Origin: Thermoplasmatota archaeon
GTDB lineage: Archaea; Thermoplasmatota; E2; JACPAO01; JAHFTW01
Direction of reading: 5' to 3'
Assembly: GCA_041601615.1 (NCBI GenBank)
Contig: JBFIHX010000019.1
Location: 1 to 27,207, forward strand
DNA: 27,207 bases
Below, in pieces: positions 8,955 through 16,739 of this stretch. The first letter of the stretch is position 1. Each line of letters opens with the position of its first letter. The translations under genes were made by a program, and so were the position numbers. The notes beneath the pieces were generated by a model. That model worked only from the letters and a program-made list of their open reading frames with translations, ran no database searches and was not told where the DNA came from.

Positions 8955-10123
8955 GAATCCGGCCCCCGATCGTTGAGGAACTTCTGGAATCGAGCTACGA
9001 CGTAGGGGTCCAGGGAGTCCATGAACGCCGAATCCGCCAAGACGGCCTGGATGGTTTCGGGTTTGGAGTAACCGGCTCGCTTGAAGGCGTCGCGTAGGTT
9101 TTCGTTGGCCCAAGCCGTATTCGGCTCACCGCTGAAGCGACGAGGGCGATCCGGGTGGTCCTCGGGCAGTGCCTTCCAGAGCCTAGCCTCGTCCAATTCT
9201 TGTTGCCGTCGAAGGCCGTACTTGTTGGCGTCGCGTAGGTTCCCGCGCAGGGTTTGAGTGTCGCCCTTGATTCCCGCTGCTATTTCTTGGACCCGTGCCA
9301 AGGTTTGCTCGCGTTCCCAGACGACGACTTCTTCGTAGGTGGGAACGCGGGGGGCCTTCAGCTTCAGTTCTGCATACAATTTGGCGAGTCGCTTCTTTTC
9401 ATTCTCCAGTCGTTTGCGTTGCTCGGCTACGGTCCAAGGCCCGCCCTCGTCCACGACGCCCGCCTTTCTGTGTGGGCCGGGTCGTCGCTTCCAGAACAGG
9501 GCGAGTGCGTCTTTGGCCGTGCGACCGACGGCGCCTTTTGGGTCGCGGCTTTGGTTCTCTGTTCCAAGCCACCACCGGCCGTCCTTGTGGAAGTGTTCGC
9601 GGCTTTCGTTGTAACCGATCCATTGAAGTTTCCGGGCTTCATGTAAGAGCGTGGCGTCTCGGCTTCCCTCTGTTACGCCGTGCAGGATGTTGGCCTCGGG
9701 CAATAACCGGGGGTGGAGTTCGAGGATGTTTCGGGGTACGTTTTCGCCGCGCTCCAAGGCGGCGCGGACAAAAGGCTCGTGTAGTAAGAACGGGCCCATG
9801 TTTTGCTTGTCGTAGAAGTACCCCCTTTGGTATTCGGCAAGCGCCTTGTCGGCGGCTTCACGGCTGAATCCGGCGGCGTCGAATAACTTATACAAGCCCT
9901 CCAATCGCCACAGTTGACCTACGGCGCCAGAGGCGGACTTGGCGAGGATCGGCTTGGTGGATGCGGCGCTGCGGCGCTGCGTTGCGGTTTTCTCATCGCG
10001 TTTCCGGGCGTCGTGGGCTTGGGCCAGGGACACGAGGCGAACTTGCCCGCTTTCATCCAGGCGGCCTTCTCGGCGCAGTCGGGCCATTATGGCGTCGTGC
10101 TGCGCCTTCGGTGTGCCCTTCAT
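8951..10123 (-). CDS. Hypothetical protein (390 aa) with AQHDAIMARL leader
   Basis: ATGA overlap; paralog of the downstream gene with an extra internal segment. Confidence 0.85.
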   Translation of the reverse strand: MKGTPKAQHDAIMARLRREGRLDESGQVRLVSLAQAHDARKRDEKTATQRRSAASTKPILAKSASGAVGQLWRLEGLYKLFDAAGFSREAADKALAEYQRGYFYDKQNMGPFLLHEPFVRAALERGENVPRNILELHPRLLPEANILHGVTEGSRDATLLHEARKLQWIGYNESREHFHKDGRWWLGTENQSRDPKGAVGRTAKDALALFWKRRPGPHRKAGVVDEGGPWTVAEQRKRLENEKKRLAKLYAELKLKAPRVPTYEEVVVWEREQTLARVQEIAAGIKGDTQTLRGNLRDANKYGLRRQQELDEARLWKALPEDHPDRPRRFSGEPNTAWANENLRDAFKRAGYSKPETIQAVLADSAFMDSLDPYVVARFQKFLNDRGPDS

Positions 10124-10620
10124 GCGACCCCCGTCTCTTTGCGAAATTCCGCGACGAGGTGCTGTGCAAGTCGATTGGCAACCTGGTCTGAGGTAGTCTC
10201 GTTAAAATAATCCAGTTCTGACTCAATCTTGGCGTGTGTAAGGGCTCCCTTTGCTTTGAGTTGAGATTGGAGCCGGTCCCGTAATTCGTCTAGGTAATTT
10301 CCAACGGTGGCCGAGGATTCCACTTCGGCCTCATCGAGAGATTCTACTTCGTCAGGGTCGAGTTCGTCCGTATCTTCATCGAGTAGGTTCAACTCGAATT
10401 CCAGGAGTTCCCGGAGTGTCGGTTCATCGCCAAGCCAGTCGTCGTCAAAGGATGCCGCGTCGCGCCACAGCCTCGCCTTGTGCGTTGATGATTTTGCCGG
10501 GGCGTGGTTTGCCAAACCGCCAGCATGGGGCCCAGTGCGGCTTGGCTTGGAGGGGGCCTTGCCCGCTTCGCGCATGGCCCGCATCTTCGCGTCGTGCCGG
10601 GCGCGATTCTTGGACTTCAT
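10120..10620 (-). CDS. Acidic helical protein with basic leader (166 aa), paralog 3 of 3
   Basis: ATGA overlap, GGAGG RBS; leader MKSKNRARHDAKMRAMREAGK; core LWRDAASFDDDWLG...ELDYFNETT. Confidence 0.85.
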   Translation of the reverse strand: MKSKNRARHDAKMRAMREAGKAPSKPSRTGPHAGGLANHAPAKSSTHKARLWRDAASFDDDWLGDEPTLRELLEFELNLLDEDTDELDPDEVESLDEAEVESSATVGNYLDELRDRLQSQLKAKGALTHAKIESELDYFNETTSDQVANRLAQHLVAEFRKETGVA

Positions 10621-11131
10621 GCCAGTCCATCCTCCCGTTGCATACTGGCAAGCAAAATCTCGGCGTACTGTTTTCGAGCCAGATGGGCGGTCTGGTTGCG
10701 GAAAATACGGAGTTCTTCATCATATTCTGGCTGTTTCAATACCCCGATTTTGAGTCGGTACTTCAGGCGGTCTTCTAACACTGCACCAAGTACCTGGTCC
10801 ACAAATTCCGTGACCAGATCGTGATTGGCCAAGTCGTCGATGGTTAGGGCTGCGACCTTGGCGGGGTCAAGGTTCAGATCGTGCGAGTTTCCGATGCCAA
10901 GCTTGATGCCCAGCAGTGGCCCCATGGCGCCGGTTGACGCTTCCATTTCGTCTTGAAAGTACGACGGCGAACGCCAGGGAGCCCCGTTGGATGCTTTATT
11001 CTTTGCGTGGGCGAGGTTCGCCAACCTGCCAACTTGGGGCACTGTGTGGCTTGGCTTGGAAGGGGCCTTGCCTGCTTCGCGCATGGCTCGCATTTTCGCG
11101 TCGTGTTGGGCTTTATTTTTAGGCTTCATGC
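10500..11131. repeat. Imperfect direct repeat of ~120 bp (copies ~10500-10622 and ~11009-11131) encoding the shared leaders of two adjacent genes
   Basis: Core ggcttggcttggagggggccttgcccgcttcgcgcatggcccgcatcttcgcgtcgtg versus ggcttggcttggaaggggccttgcctgcttcgcgcatggctcgcattttcgcgtcgtg. Confidence 0.9.
10617..11129 (-). CDS. Helical protein with basic leader (170 aa), paralog 2 of 3
   Basis: ATGA overlap, GGAGG RBS; leader MKPKNKAQHDAKMRAMREAGK; core PWRSPSYFQDEM...EELRIFRNQT. Confidence 0.85.
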   Translation of the reverse strand: MKPKNKAQHDAKMRAMREAGKAPSKPSHTVPQVGRLANLAHAKNKASNGAPWRSPSYFQDEMEASTGAMGPLLGIKLGIGNSHDLNLDPAKVAALTIDDLANHDLVTEFVDQVLGAVLEDRLKYRLKIGVLKQPEYDEELRIFRNQTAHLARKQYAEILLASMQREDGLA

Positions 11132-11662
11132 TAGTCCGGCCTCCTGTTGTAGAAGCAGTAGGATATGGGGTGTCATGCGGTCCACGACCTGGAAGGCGGT
11201 TACTTCTCGGAAGTGGTCAAGCTCCTTGCGGCGTTGGCGCTTCGACAGGACGCCGGCTTCGACGCGACGATCCAGTTCAAACTCCAGTTCTTGTTGGAGA
11301 TAATCCACGAGGCGAGAGTGGACGGATTGAGAATGTTCGAGGTCGTGGGCCTCCAACTCATCCACAAGGTCCGGGTCCAGTTCCAGACCCGTCTCTTCAT
11401 CCCAGAGGCCTAACTCGGCCGCCAGATCGTCCTTCAGCTCGTCATCAAAGCCGAGCCATTCAGAGTCGAAGAATGTCGGGTCGCGCCACGGTGCTTTGCG
11501 TCGCAAGAGTCTCCGGGTGGGCGTCTTGGGGAGGCTGTCGAATCCGCCGTGCAGATTGTGGGGCCGGTGGGCGGTGCTGGAACGATCCCGGCGTTGGTTC
11601 AGCATGACGACGGCCTGTTGCTCAGACGACCTGAAACCCCGGCGTGGGCGCCTCGTCCTCAC
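11126..11662 (-). CDS. Acidic helical protein with basic leader (178 aa), paralog 1 of 3
   Basis: GTG 11662 in a GTGA overlap with GGAGG RBS; leader RGFRSSEQQAVVM; core PWRDPTFFDSEWLG...ELDHFREVT. Confidence 0.85.
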   Translation of the reverse strand: MRTRRPRRGFRSSEQQAVVMLNQRRDRSSTAHRPHNLHGGFDSLPKTPTRRLLRRKAPWRDPTFFDSEWLGFDDELKDDLAAELGLWDEETGLELDPDLVDELEAHDLEHSQSVHSRLVDYLQQELEFELDRRVEAGVLSKRQRRKELDHFREVTAFQVVDRMTPHILLLLQQEAGLA

Positions 11663-13143
11663 CTTGACCCCTCCCCCGGCCCGCGCTTGAGAGCGGCTTT
11701 GTTCTTTGCTACTCGTCCGAGGCGCCCGTCGTGGTACTCTCGCACACGGTCGCCCTTGTCGCCGTCGAGTCCATCCACGAAAGCTTCTACGTCGCCAACG
11801 TCGAATCCAGTGGGGTTGTGAACGTGGATTACGTCGCCGTCGCTGGTTTTGAACACGCGGTCCACGTTTTCCGGATTCCGCGCCGCGCCCCACTTGCCGC
11901 GCTTGTTGCGAAGCCTGGAGATATGGGCCTTGTCTGCGTTTTTCATGGCCTCATTGATTCGAGGAAGGTGCTTGATGCGTCGCGCAGATCGCGTTGCGCG
12001 GATGCGTCTGTTATCCTCCGCTCCGACTTCCTCTGGTACGTCAGGGATGAATGCGTAGTACGACTCGTCACGGCGATTTCCGAATCGCCCGGAGTGGAGT
12101 TGGGTTTCCAAGACTGTGTGTGCTTCCTCTCGGTCTCGGTCCTTGCCGTAGTCGGAAATGTGCTGGGTTTCCTTAGTGGTTCGGCCCGATTCGTGGCCGC
12201 GCAAGACATGGATGGTTTCATGAATCATCGTCAAGCGACGCCTGCGAGATTCGGGGTCCTTGAGGGGCTTTTCTAGGTCGTAGTACCGATTGTTGATGGC
12301 CACGAACGGGACCGTCACGGGGTGTTTGCCTGGACTCTTGATGGGGTGCGTGTATCCGGTGGCTTCTTTGACTTGAGTAGTGCCGACATAGATTGCGGCA
12401 AGATCCATGCTCCGGGGGTCCAACTCAAAGGCATCTTTGATTAATTCGGCATATTGCTCGATGAGTTTCCGGTCGCGGATTTTGCCAATGATGAGCAACT
12501 TTCCTGATTGGAAGGCGCCGAGTTGGGCTTCCGCATTGGCAAGGACGCGGCGCCCCTCGTGAAGTCGGCGGCGAAGCTCCTTCTTGGCTTCATCTGAGAG
12601 GGGAGGGCCATTGTGTTTCTGACCTTGTTCTTCGAGCTTTTCAAGATCCGATTTGAGCATGTCCCGGGTCTTTTGCAGGGCGTCAATTTGCTGTTCTCGA
12701 CGTTCTTGAAGATCGGGTGTTATGTGGCGTCGAGTGCTGCCTTCAATCTCGACCGAGAAGAGTTCCCCGTGGAGGGGGTTAAGGTTGAACGAGGTGTTGT
12801 TCTGCCGAGACTTGGGGCTTGGGTACTCGGAGCCGGGCGTGTCAACGCCCTGTACGTCGGCGCGGCCTGAGTCTCGAAGCCATGTTCGGACTACTGTTTG
12901 GTCCGTGACGGGGCCTGTTCGATCGTGGCTTTGGGTAATGTCGTTGAAGAACGCCTGAGAACCCCTGGCCATGAGGATGGCTCGGAGCGTGTTTATCCCC
13001 ACTCGGGGCAGCACATCGTTGGGTTTCTTTCCGGCGTGCCGAGACAAGGGCCGGGAAGGCCGGGTCTTGGTGGACCCTGATTTCAGGCGCGACATGGCTG
13101 CGGCTTGTTGCTCACGAGAAGCAAAGCCGCTCTTGCGACTCAT
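11659..13143 (-). CDS. Modular protein with zincin-like metallopeptidase domain (494 aa)
   Basis: MIHETIH (HExxH, 12208-12222) plus downstream REEAHT; central coiled coil; leader SGFASREQQAAAMSRL; GGAG upstream of ATG 13143. Confidence 0.75.
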   Translation of the reverse strand: MSRKSGFASREQQAAAMSRLKSGSTKTRPSRPLSRHAGKKPNDVLPRVGINTLRAILMARGSQAFFNDITQSHDRTGPVTDQTVVRTWLRDSGRADVQGVDTPGSEYPSPKSRQNNTSFNLNPLHGELFSVEIEGSTRRHITPDLQERREQQIDALQKTRDMLKSDLEKLEEQGQKHNGPPLSDEAKKELRRRLHEGRRVLANAEAQLGAFQSGKLLIIGKIRDRKLIEQYAELIKDAFELDPRSMDLAAIYVGTTQVKEATGYTHPIKSPGKHPVTVPFVAINNRYYDLEKPLKDPESRRRRLTMIHETIHVLRGHESGRTTKETQHISDYGKDRDREEAHTVLETQLHSGRFGNRRDESYYAFIPDVPEEVGAEDNRRIRATRSARRIKHLPRINEAMKNADKAHISRLRNKRGKWGAARNPENVDRVFKTSDGDVIHVHNPTGFDVGDVEAFVDGLDGDKGDRVREYHDGRLGRVAKNKAALKRGPGEGSR

Positions 13144-13279
13144 GAGTGCCACTCCGGTCTATTTGTGGGTGGGGGGCTTTCGTTATACGGGGCCGCGAGC
13201 GCAAGTGACGAGTAATCCGGTGCGAAGCAACCGAGAATCATAGTCGCATTGTGTTGCGGCTTGGGTCCACGGTGCATGT
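13144..13279 (-). promoter_or_regulatory. Possible internal promoter for the leader-protein array
   Basis: Largest intergenic gap (136 bp) inside the leftward run; minus strand has GTATAACGAAA about 40 nt upstream of the start. Weak TATA match. Confidence 0.35.
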
Positions 13280-13693
13280 CTACACGCCCCCTGTGCGGTT
13301 GCTAGGGGGAAGAGTTTGAAGCCGGGGGATGATGCGAACGAGGACGCTTACGGCGGTCAAGAGGATCAAAACCAATTGCCCACCGGGCCCGTAGCTGCCC
13401 CAGGTCTTCCATGCTCCAAGGCCCAGAAACGCGAGGGCTCCAAGGGCCAATAGGTTCCATAGGACTTGATTCTCGTTTTGGCGGGCGCCTGCTGCAAACA
13501 GGTTCGCAAGGGCAATCAAGATGGATGCGAAGCCGAGGGTGACGTTGCCTACGACTGCGAGCGTGAGCCCGGTGAAGTTGGGAAGCCAGCCTAGAAGGGT
13601 CAAGCCGGTGGTGCCAAAGACCCCAAGGTTGCTGCTTACAACGAAGGTGCGAAGGCGCTTGGTGCTGTTTGGTTCGTGGTTCATGGGGTTCAC
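13280..13693 (-). CDS. Small integral membrane protein, ~4 TM (137 aa)
   Basis: Four hydrophobic stretches; GTGA overlap with upstream stop (alternative ATG 13684). Confidence 0.8.
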   Translation of the reverse strand: MNPMNHEPNSTKRLRTFVVSSNLGVFGTTGLTLLGWLPNFTGLTLAVVGNVTLGFASILIALANLFAAGARQNENQVLWNLLALGALAFLGLGAWKTWGSYGPGGQLVLILLTAVSVLVRIIPRLQTLPPSNRTGGV

Positions 13694-14121
13694 CGGAGAA
13701 TCCAGTCGAGGAAGCGATTGACGAGGGCCAGGATGTTGTTGATGAGGTCGAAGATCTGGGTGATGCCGTCGGCGATGGTCTGGAAGCGTTCGGGCAATCC
13801 AAGCGTGGTTGCAAGGACGCTGACGCCGCCAAGAAACACAACGAGGCCCATGGCTGCAAGGAAAATGCGGCCACGCAACAACGCCGCGCCACCGAAGACG
13901 AGCCCCGCAAGGGTAACAAGGATGCCCAAGCCAGTCGCAGCGGTGTTCTTGGCGGTAGTCTGAGCATCGGGCAACTTCACGCCGCTGGCCGCCATGACCA
14001 AGAGCAACATGAGAACCAAGAGGGCGCCGACGAGGGCCAAAGTGACGCGACGTGAACGAATCGCAGCGTCCGTTGAAGCCTCAGTGACCAGGACGGATTC
14101 ATGCTCCACGATTGGCTTCAC
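13690..14121 (-). CDS. Small integral membrane protein, 3 TM plus amphipathic C-terminal helix (143 aa)
   Basis: GTG 14121 in a GTGA overlap with GGAGGGAG RBS; ITQIFDLINNILALVNRFLDWILR amphipathic tail. Confidence 0.8.
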   Translation of the reverse strand: MKPIVEHESVLVTEASTDAAIRSRRVTLALVGALLVLMLLLVMAASGVKLPDAQTTAKNTAATGLGILVTLAGLVFGGAALLRGRIFLAAMGLVVFLGGVSVLATTLGLPERFQTIADGITQIFDLINNILALVNRFLDWILR

Positions 14122-15515
14122 GCTCCCTCCCTTGGTTCCTGCTTTCCTCGAACCTTGTACCAAACGCCGACGGCAATGCTCGCTGCGGAGAATGCGCCAA
14201 GCGCGGTAAACCATCGAGCCTGGACGGCTGGAAAGAACTCAAAAAGAAGGAAGATCGTCACGGCGAGGACCGTCGATGCAACGACATACCACCCCTTCGT
14301 CTTGCCCCACTCGCGCATGACCAGGGCGGTTCCAATCCATCCGATGAGCACAATAAGAAGCACGAGGCCGATTGTGTGCCACGACAACGAAGCCCGACCC
14401 TCGACACCACCCCCGCCCGGAGGAACAGGCTTCTCTGAATTGGGGTCCTTGCTGATGGCCGAACCGCTGCCCACGCGGTACGAGTATTCCCCGTCCGAGT
14501 GCCCGACCAGGTCCTGGTCGTCGTAGGCCTCCACGCGCACCGTAACCGTCGTATTGGCGCCCTGGCCAGGAACAGTTGCAATCCATCGACTGCCCACGTC
14601 ATGGTGCATTTCCACTTGCTGCGCGGGACTGGATTCGACGCGGTAGAACACGATAGCCCGCTCGACGCTCCAGTCGTCCGTGATGCTGGCAATGACGGTC
14701 AACACCTCCCCGTGCTCAGGTGGGTTGGGGTCGAATTCGACGGCTTCCACGATGGGAGGCTCGGGGGCGGTGTCGTAGAGACGAGTGCTAGGCGAATCGG
14801 CTACAAGGTAGGTGTCGCGTTGGTTGGCTCCGAAGCCGTAGCCAACAAACCACTGGGACTTGAATGACTGGCCGTGGAACGCTTGGTTCGATTCGGCTGA
14901 GAGGATGGGGGCTCCTGCGTAGTCTTGCAACTCGATTCGTGGCCCGGACTCTGCGCGGTTGTCCACGAGGAAATGAAAGAGCCTGTGCTGGTCTGAGCCA
15001 TGCGTCGATCCAGTGGCAAGGGTCGATTCGACTCCCTCAACGACCTCGGTAAGCTTCAGACTCCAAGCATTGCCGGATTCCTGGAATTTGACCTTGACCG
15101 AGTTGCGAAAACTTCCATCGACCTTGCCCGCCCCTGCGCCCGTTCCTTTACCAAAATCGGGTTCGGTGCTGAAGACGGCGGCGAAGCCGGAGTCTCGGCC
15201 GTCTACTTGTTCGGCCTTGATGCGAAAGGCAACAGCGTAGCTTTGCTTGCCGCTGCTTTGGGAAAATTCATCGAGGTTGTTTGCCAGGTAGTCAAAGTTG
15301 GCGTTCGTTACCGTCATTCGGTATACGTTCCAACCGTTGCTGGCGATTCCCTCTTCGACGCCTTCCGCGAAGTCGTAGCCGAAGCTTGGAGGGTCGCTGT
15401 AGTTCGAGACGAACAGGACTCGCTCTGGGTCCTGAGCGTCAACGACCCCGAGCATGGCCAGGGCAAACAACGAGGCAGCAGCGAGGCGAACGGTGGCGTG
15501 CATGAGTGGACGCAT
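14118..15515 (-). CDS. Surface protein: signal peptide, beta-sandwich/Ig-like ectodomain, 3 C-terminal TMs (~465 aa)
   Basis: Signal peptide ...LAAASLFALAMLGVVDA; Ig-like LTVIASITDD...WIATVPGQ...VRVEAYD; PPGGGGV linker then three TMs. Start 15515 or 15503. Confidence 0.85.
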   Translation of the reverse strand: MRPLMHATVRLAAASLFALAMLGVVDAQDPERVLFVSNYSDPPSFGYDFAEGVEEGIASNGWNVYRMTVTNANFDYLANNLDEFSQSSGKQSYAVAFRIKAEQVDGRDSGFAAVFSTEPDFGKGTGAGAGKVDGSFRNSVKVKFQESGNAWSLKLTEVVEGVESTLATGSTHGSDQHRLFHFLVDNRAESGPRIELQDYAGAPILSAESNQAFHGQSFKSQWFVGYGFGANQRDTYLVADSPSTRLYDTAPEPPIVEAVEFDPNPPEHGEVLTVIASITDDWSVERAIVFYRVESSPAQQVEMHHDVGSRWIATVPGQGANTTVTVRVEAYDDQDLVGHSDGEYSYRVGSGSAISKDPNSEKPVPPGGGGVEGRASLSWHTIGLVLLIVLIGWIGTALVMREWGKTKGWYVVASTVLAVTIFLLFEFFPAVQARWFTALGAFSAASIAVGVWYKVRGKQEPREGA

Positions 15516-15578
15516 CGGGGCATGGGCCCGGCGTTCCCCGCTATGGGAATGGCGTCCAGAAAGGAGGAAGAGCCTTGG

Positions 15579-16730
15579 CTAACCCATGAAGATCGTGGGC
15601 ACGTCGAGCCAGCCAAGATAGAGCAGCGAACCGCCAAGCAAGACGACGACCGCTCCTGCTACGCTGCCGGCCGTGCGGCGCTGGTTGTCCTGGCGTTGGT
15701 TTGCCATTACGAGGCTTGCGCCGCCAAGCAATGCAGCCACCACTGTAACACTCCAGAACAGGGGACCAAGGTTCCATTGCGGGTAGCTCCAGACCGCCCA
15801 GCCCTTGCCAGGACCAATGGCATCCATGCCCCAAAGGAGAACGGAGACGAGGGCCCAGAGGGCCGCAAACCACCCTCCGAGTGCCAGGATTGGGCGGTCG
15901 TAGCGGCGACTGATGGCGAGGGCTGCAACAAGCACGCCAAGCAGCGCCGCGTAGCCAATGGAGGCAATCCATACAACTCCACGGGGGTTGGAGACACCTC
16001 CTCCGCCGGGCGGGTCATCACCTGGGGGGTCGTTGCCAACAGGCTTGTCTTGGTCGTCGTTCGGGTCGGTGCCCGCGTCTTCCTCGGCGGCATTGGTGGA
16101 ACCGTCGCCATCAGGATCGGCGTCGAGTGCGCCGTCTGGGTGGTCGAGGCCGCCAAAGTGTTCGTATTCCCAGGCGTCCTTGAGGCCGTCTTGGTCGGCA
16201 TCCGAGGCATCGTCATAGAAGTTGAGGCGAGCACTGTGCGTGAAGACCGAATCTGGCACGCCGCCGTTCTGGCCGCTACTGCTGGCGTCATCCAGAGCGA
16301 CGTGGAATGCGACGGGCACGACCCGCACACTTCGATCACTGGCGGGAAAGTGCAAGACGACGCGAAGCACCGGCTCGTCGCTGCTCGTCATATCCAATGA
16401 CGCGGAGGGATTGGTGTGGTTCACGTCCTGGGCCACTTGGGTCCAGGTGGCGCCGTTGTCCTTCGAGAGGTACACGTCGGCCGTGTAACCTTCCTCGGAC
16501 AGGTACACGGATTCGCCCTCGTTGCCGATGAGCTTGACGTACACGGGCACAGCGGCGGCGTTGTCTATGCGAAAGTGCCGCAGGGATTCGATGGAGGTGG
16601 TGGATGCGTCCGTGGCTTCCACGCCGAGCAAGGCGTCGTCCTCGTCTTGGTAGGACTCGGTGAACGTCGCTTGCCCGAGGGGTGCGGTTGCCAGGAGGAC
16701 GAAGGCGATGATTACGAAGTGGTTGCGCAT
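15579..16730 (-). CDS. Surface protein with bacterial TSP3-like Ca-binding repeats and 4 C-terminal TMs (383 aa)
   Basis: Signal peptide; DADQDGLKDAWE...DPDGDGSTNAAEEDAGTDPND; PPGGGGV linker; four hydrophobic helices; GAGGTGA RBS. Confidence 0.85.
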   Translation of the reverse strand: MRNHFVIIAFVLLATAPLGQATFTESYQDEDDALLGVEATDASTTSIESLRHFRIDNAAAVPVYVKLIGNEGESVYLSEEGYTADVYLSKDNGATWTQVAQDVNHTNPSASLDMTSSDEPVLRVVLHFPASDRSVRVVPVAFHVALDDASSSGQNGGVPDSVFTHSARLNFYDDASDADQDGLKDAWEYEHFGGLDHPDGALDADPDGDGSTNAAEEDAGTDPNDDQDKPVGNDPPGDDPPGGGGVSNPRGVVWIASIGYAALLGVLVAALAISRRYDRPILALGGWFAALWALVSVLLWGMDAIGPGKGWAVWSYPQWNLGPLFWSVTVVAALLGGASLVMANQRQDNQRRTAGSVAGAVVVLLGGSLLYLGWLDVPTIFMG

Positions 16731-16739
16731 CTTATCACC

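Noticed and set aside
9086-9241. Exact 15-bp repeat ggcgtcgcgtaggtt at 9086 and 9227
   Set aside because: Both copies are in frame within one gene, encoding NLRDA; no sign of an att site or target duplication.
8016-11131. Repeated gene segments as CRISPR array or diversity-generating retroelement TR/VR
   Set aside because: Repeats are coding and not regularly spaced, differences are not adenine-specific, and no cas or reverse transcriptase gene is visible.
10120-11140. Similar C-termini EAGLA / EDGLA / ETGVA as a possible C-terminal signal
   Set aside because: Largely explained by the embedded GGAGG-type RBS and ATGA overlap for the next gene, plus paralogy; similar endings occur on unrelated genes (EGA, KEAAS, GGAA).
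13234-13245. AGAATCA-TAGTC upstream of the array, echoing motifs in the 24006-24203 operator region
   Set aside because: A single short match that could occur by chance; insufficient to call a shared operator.
15540-15578. Pyrimidine-rich tract after the 15579 stop as a terminator
   Set aside because: Only a short T run; too weak to call.
15000-16400. 466-aa + strand ORF, and many other + strand ORFs across 1300-24000
   Set aside because: Antisense shadows of well-supported minus-strand genes in GC-rich DNA; no motifs or coupling.
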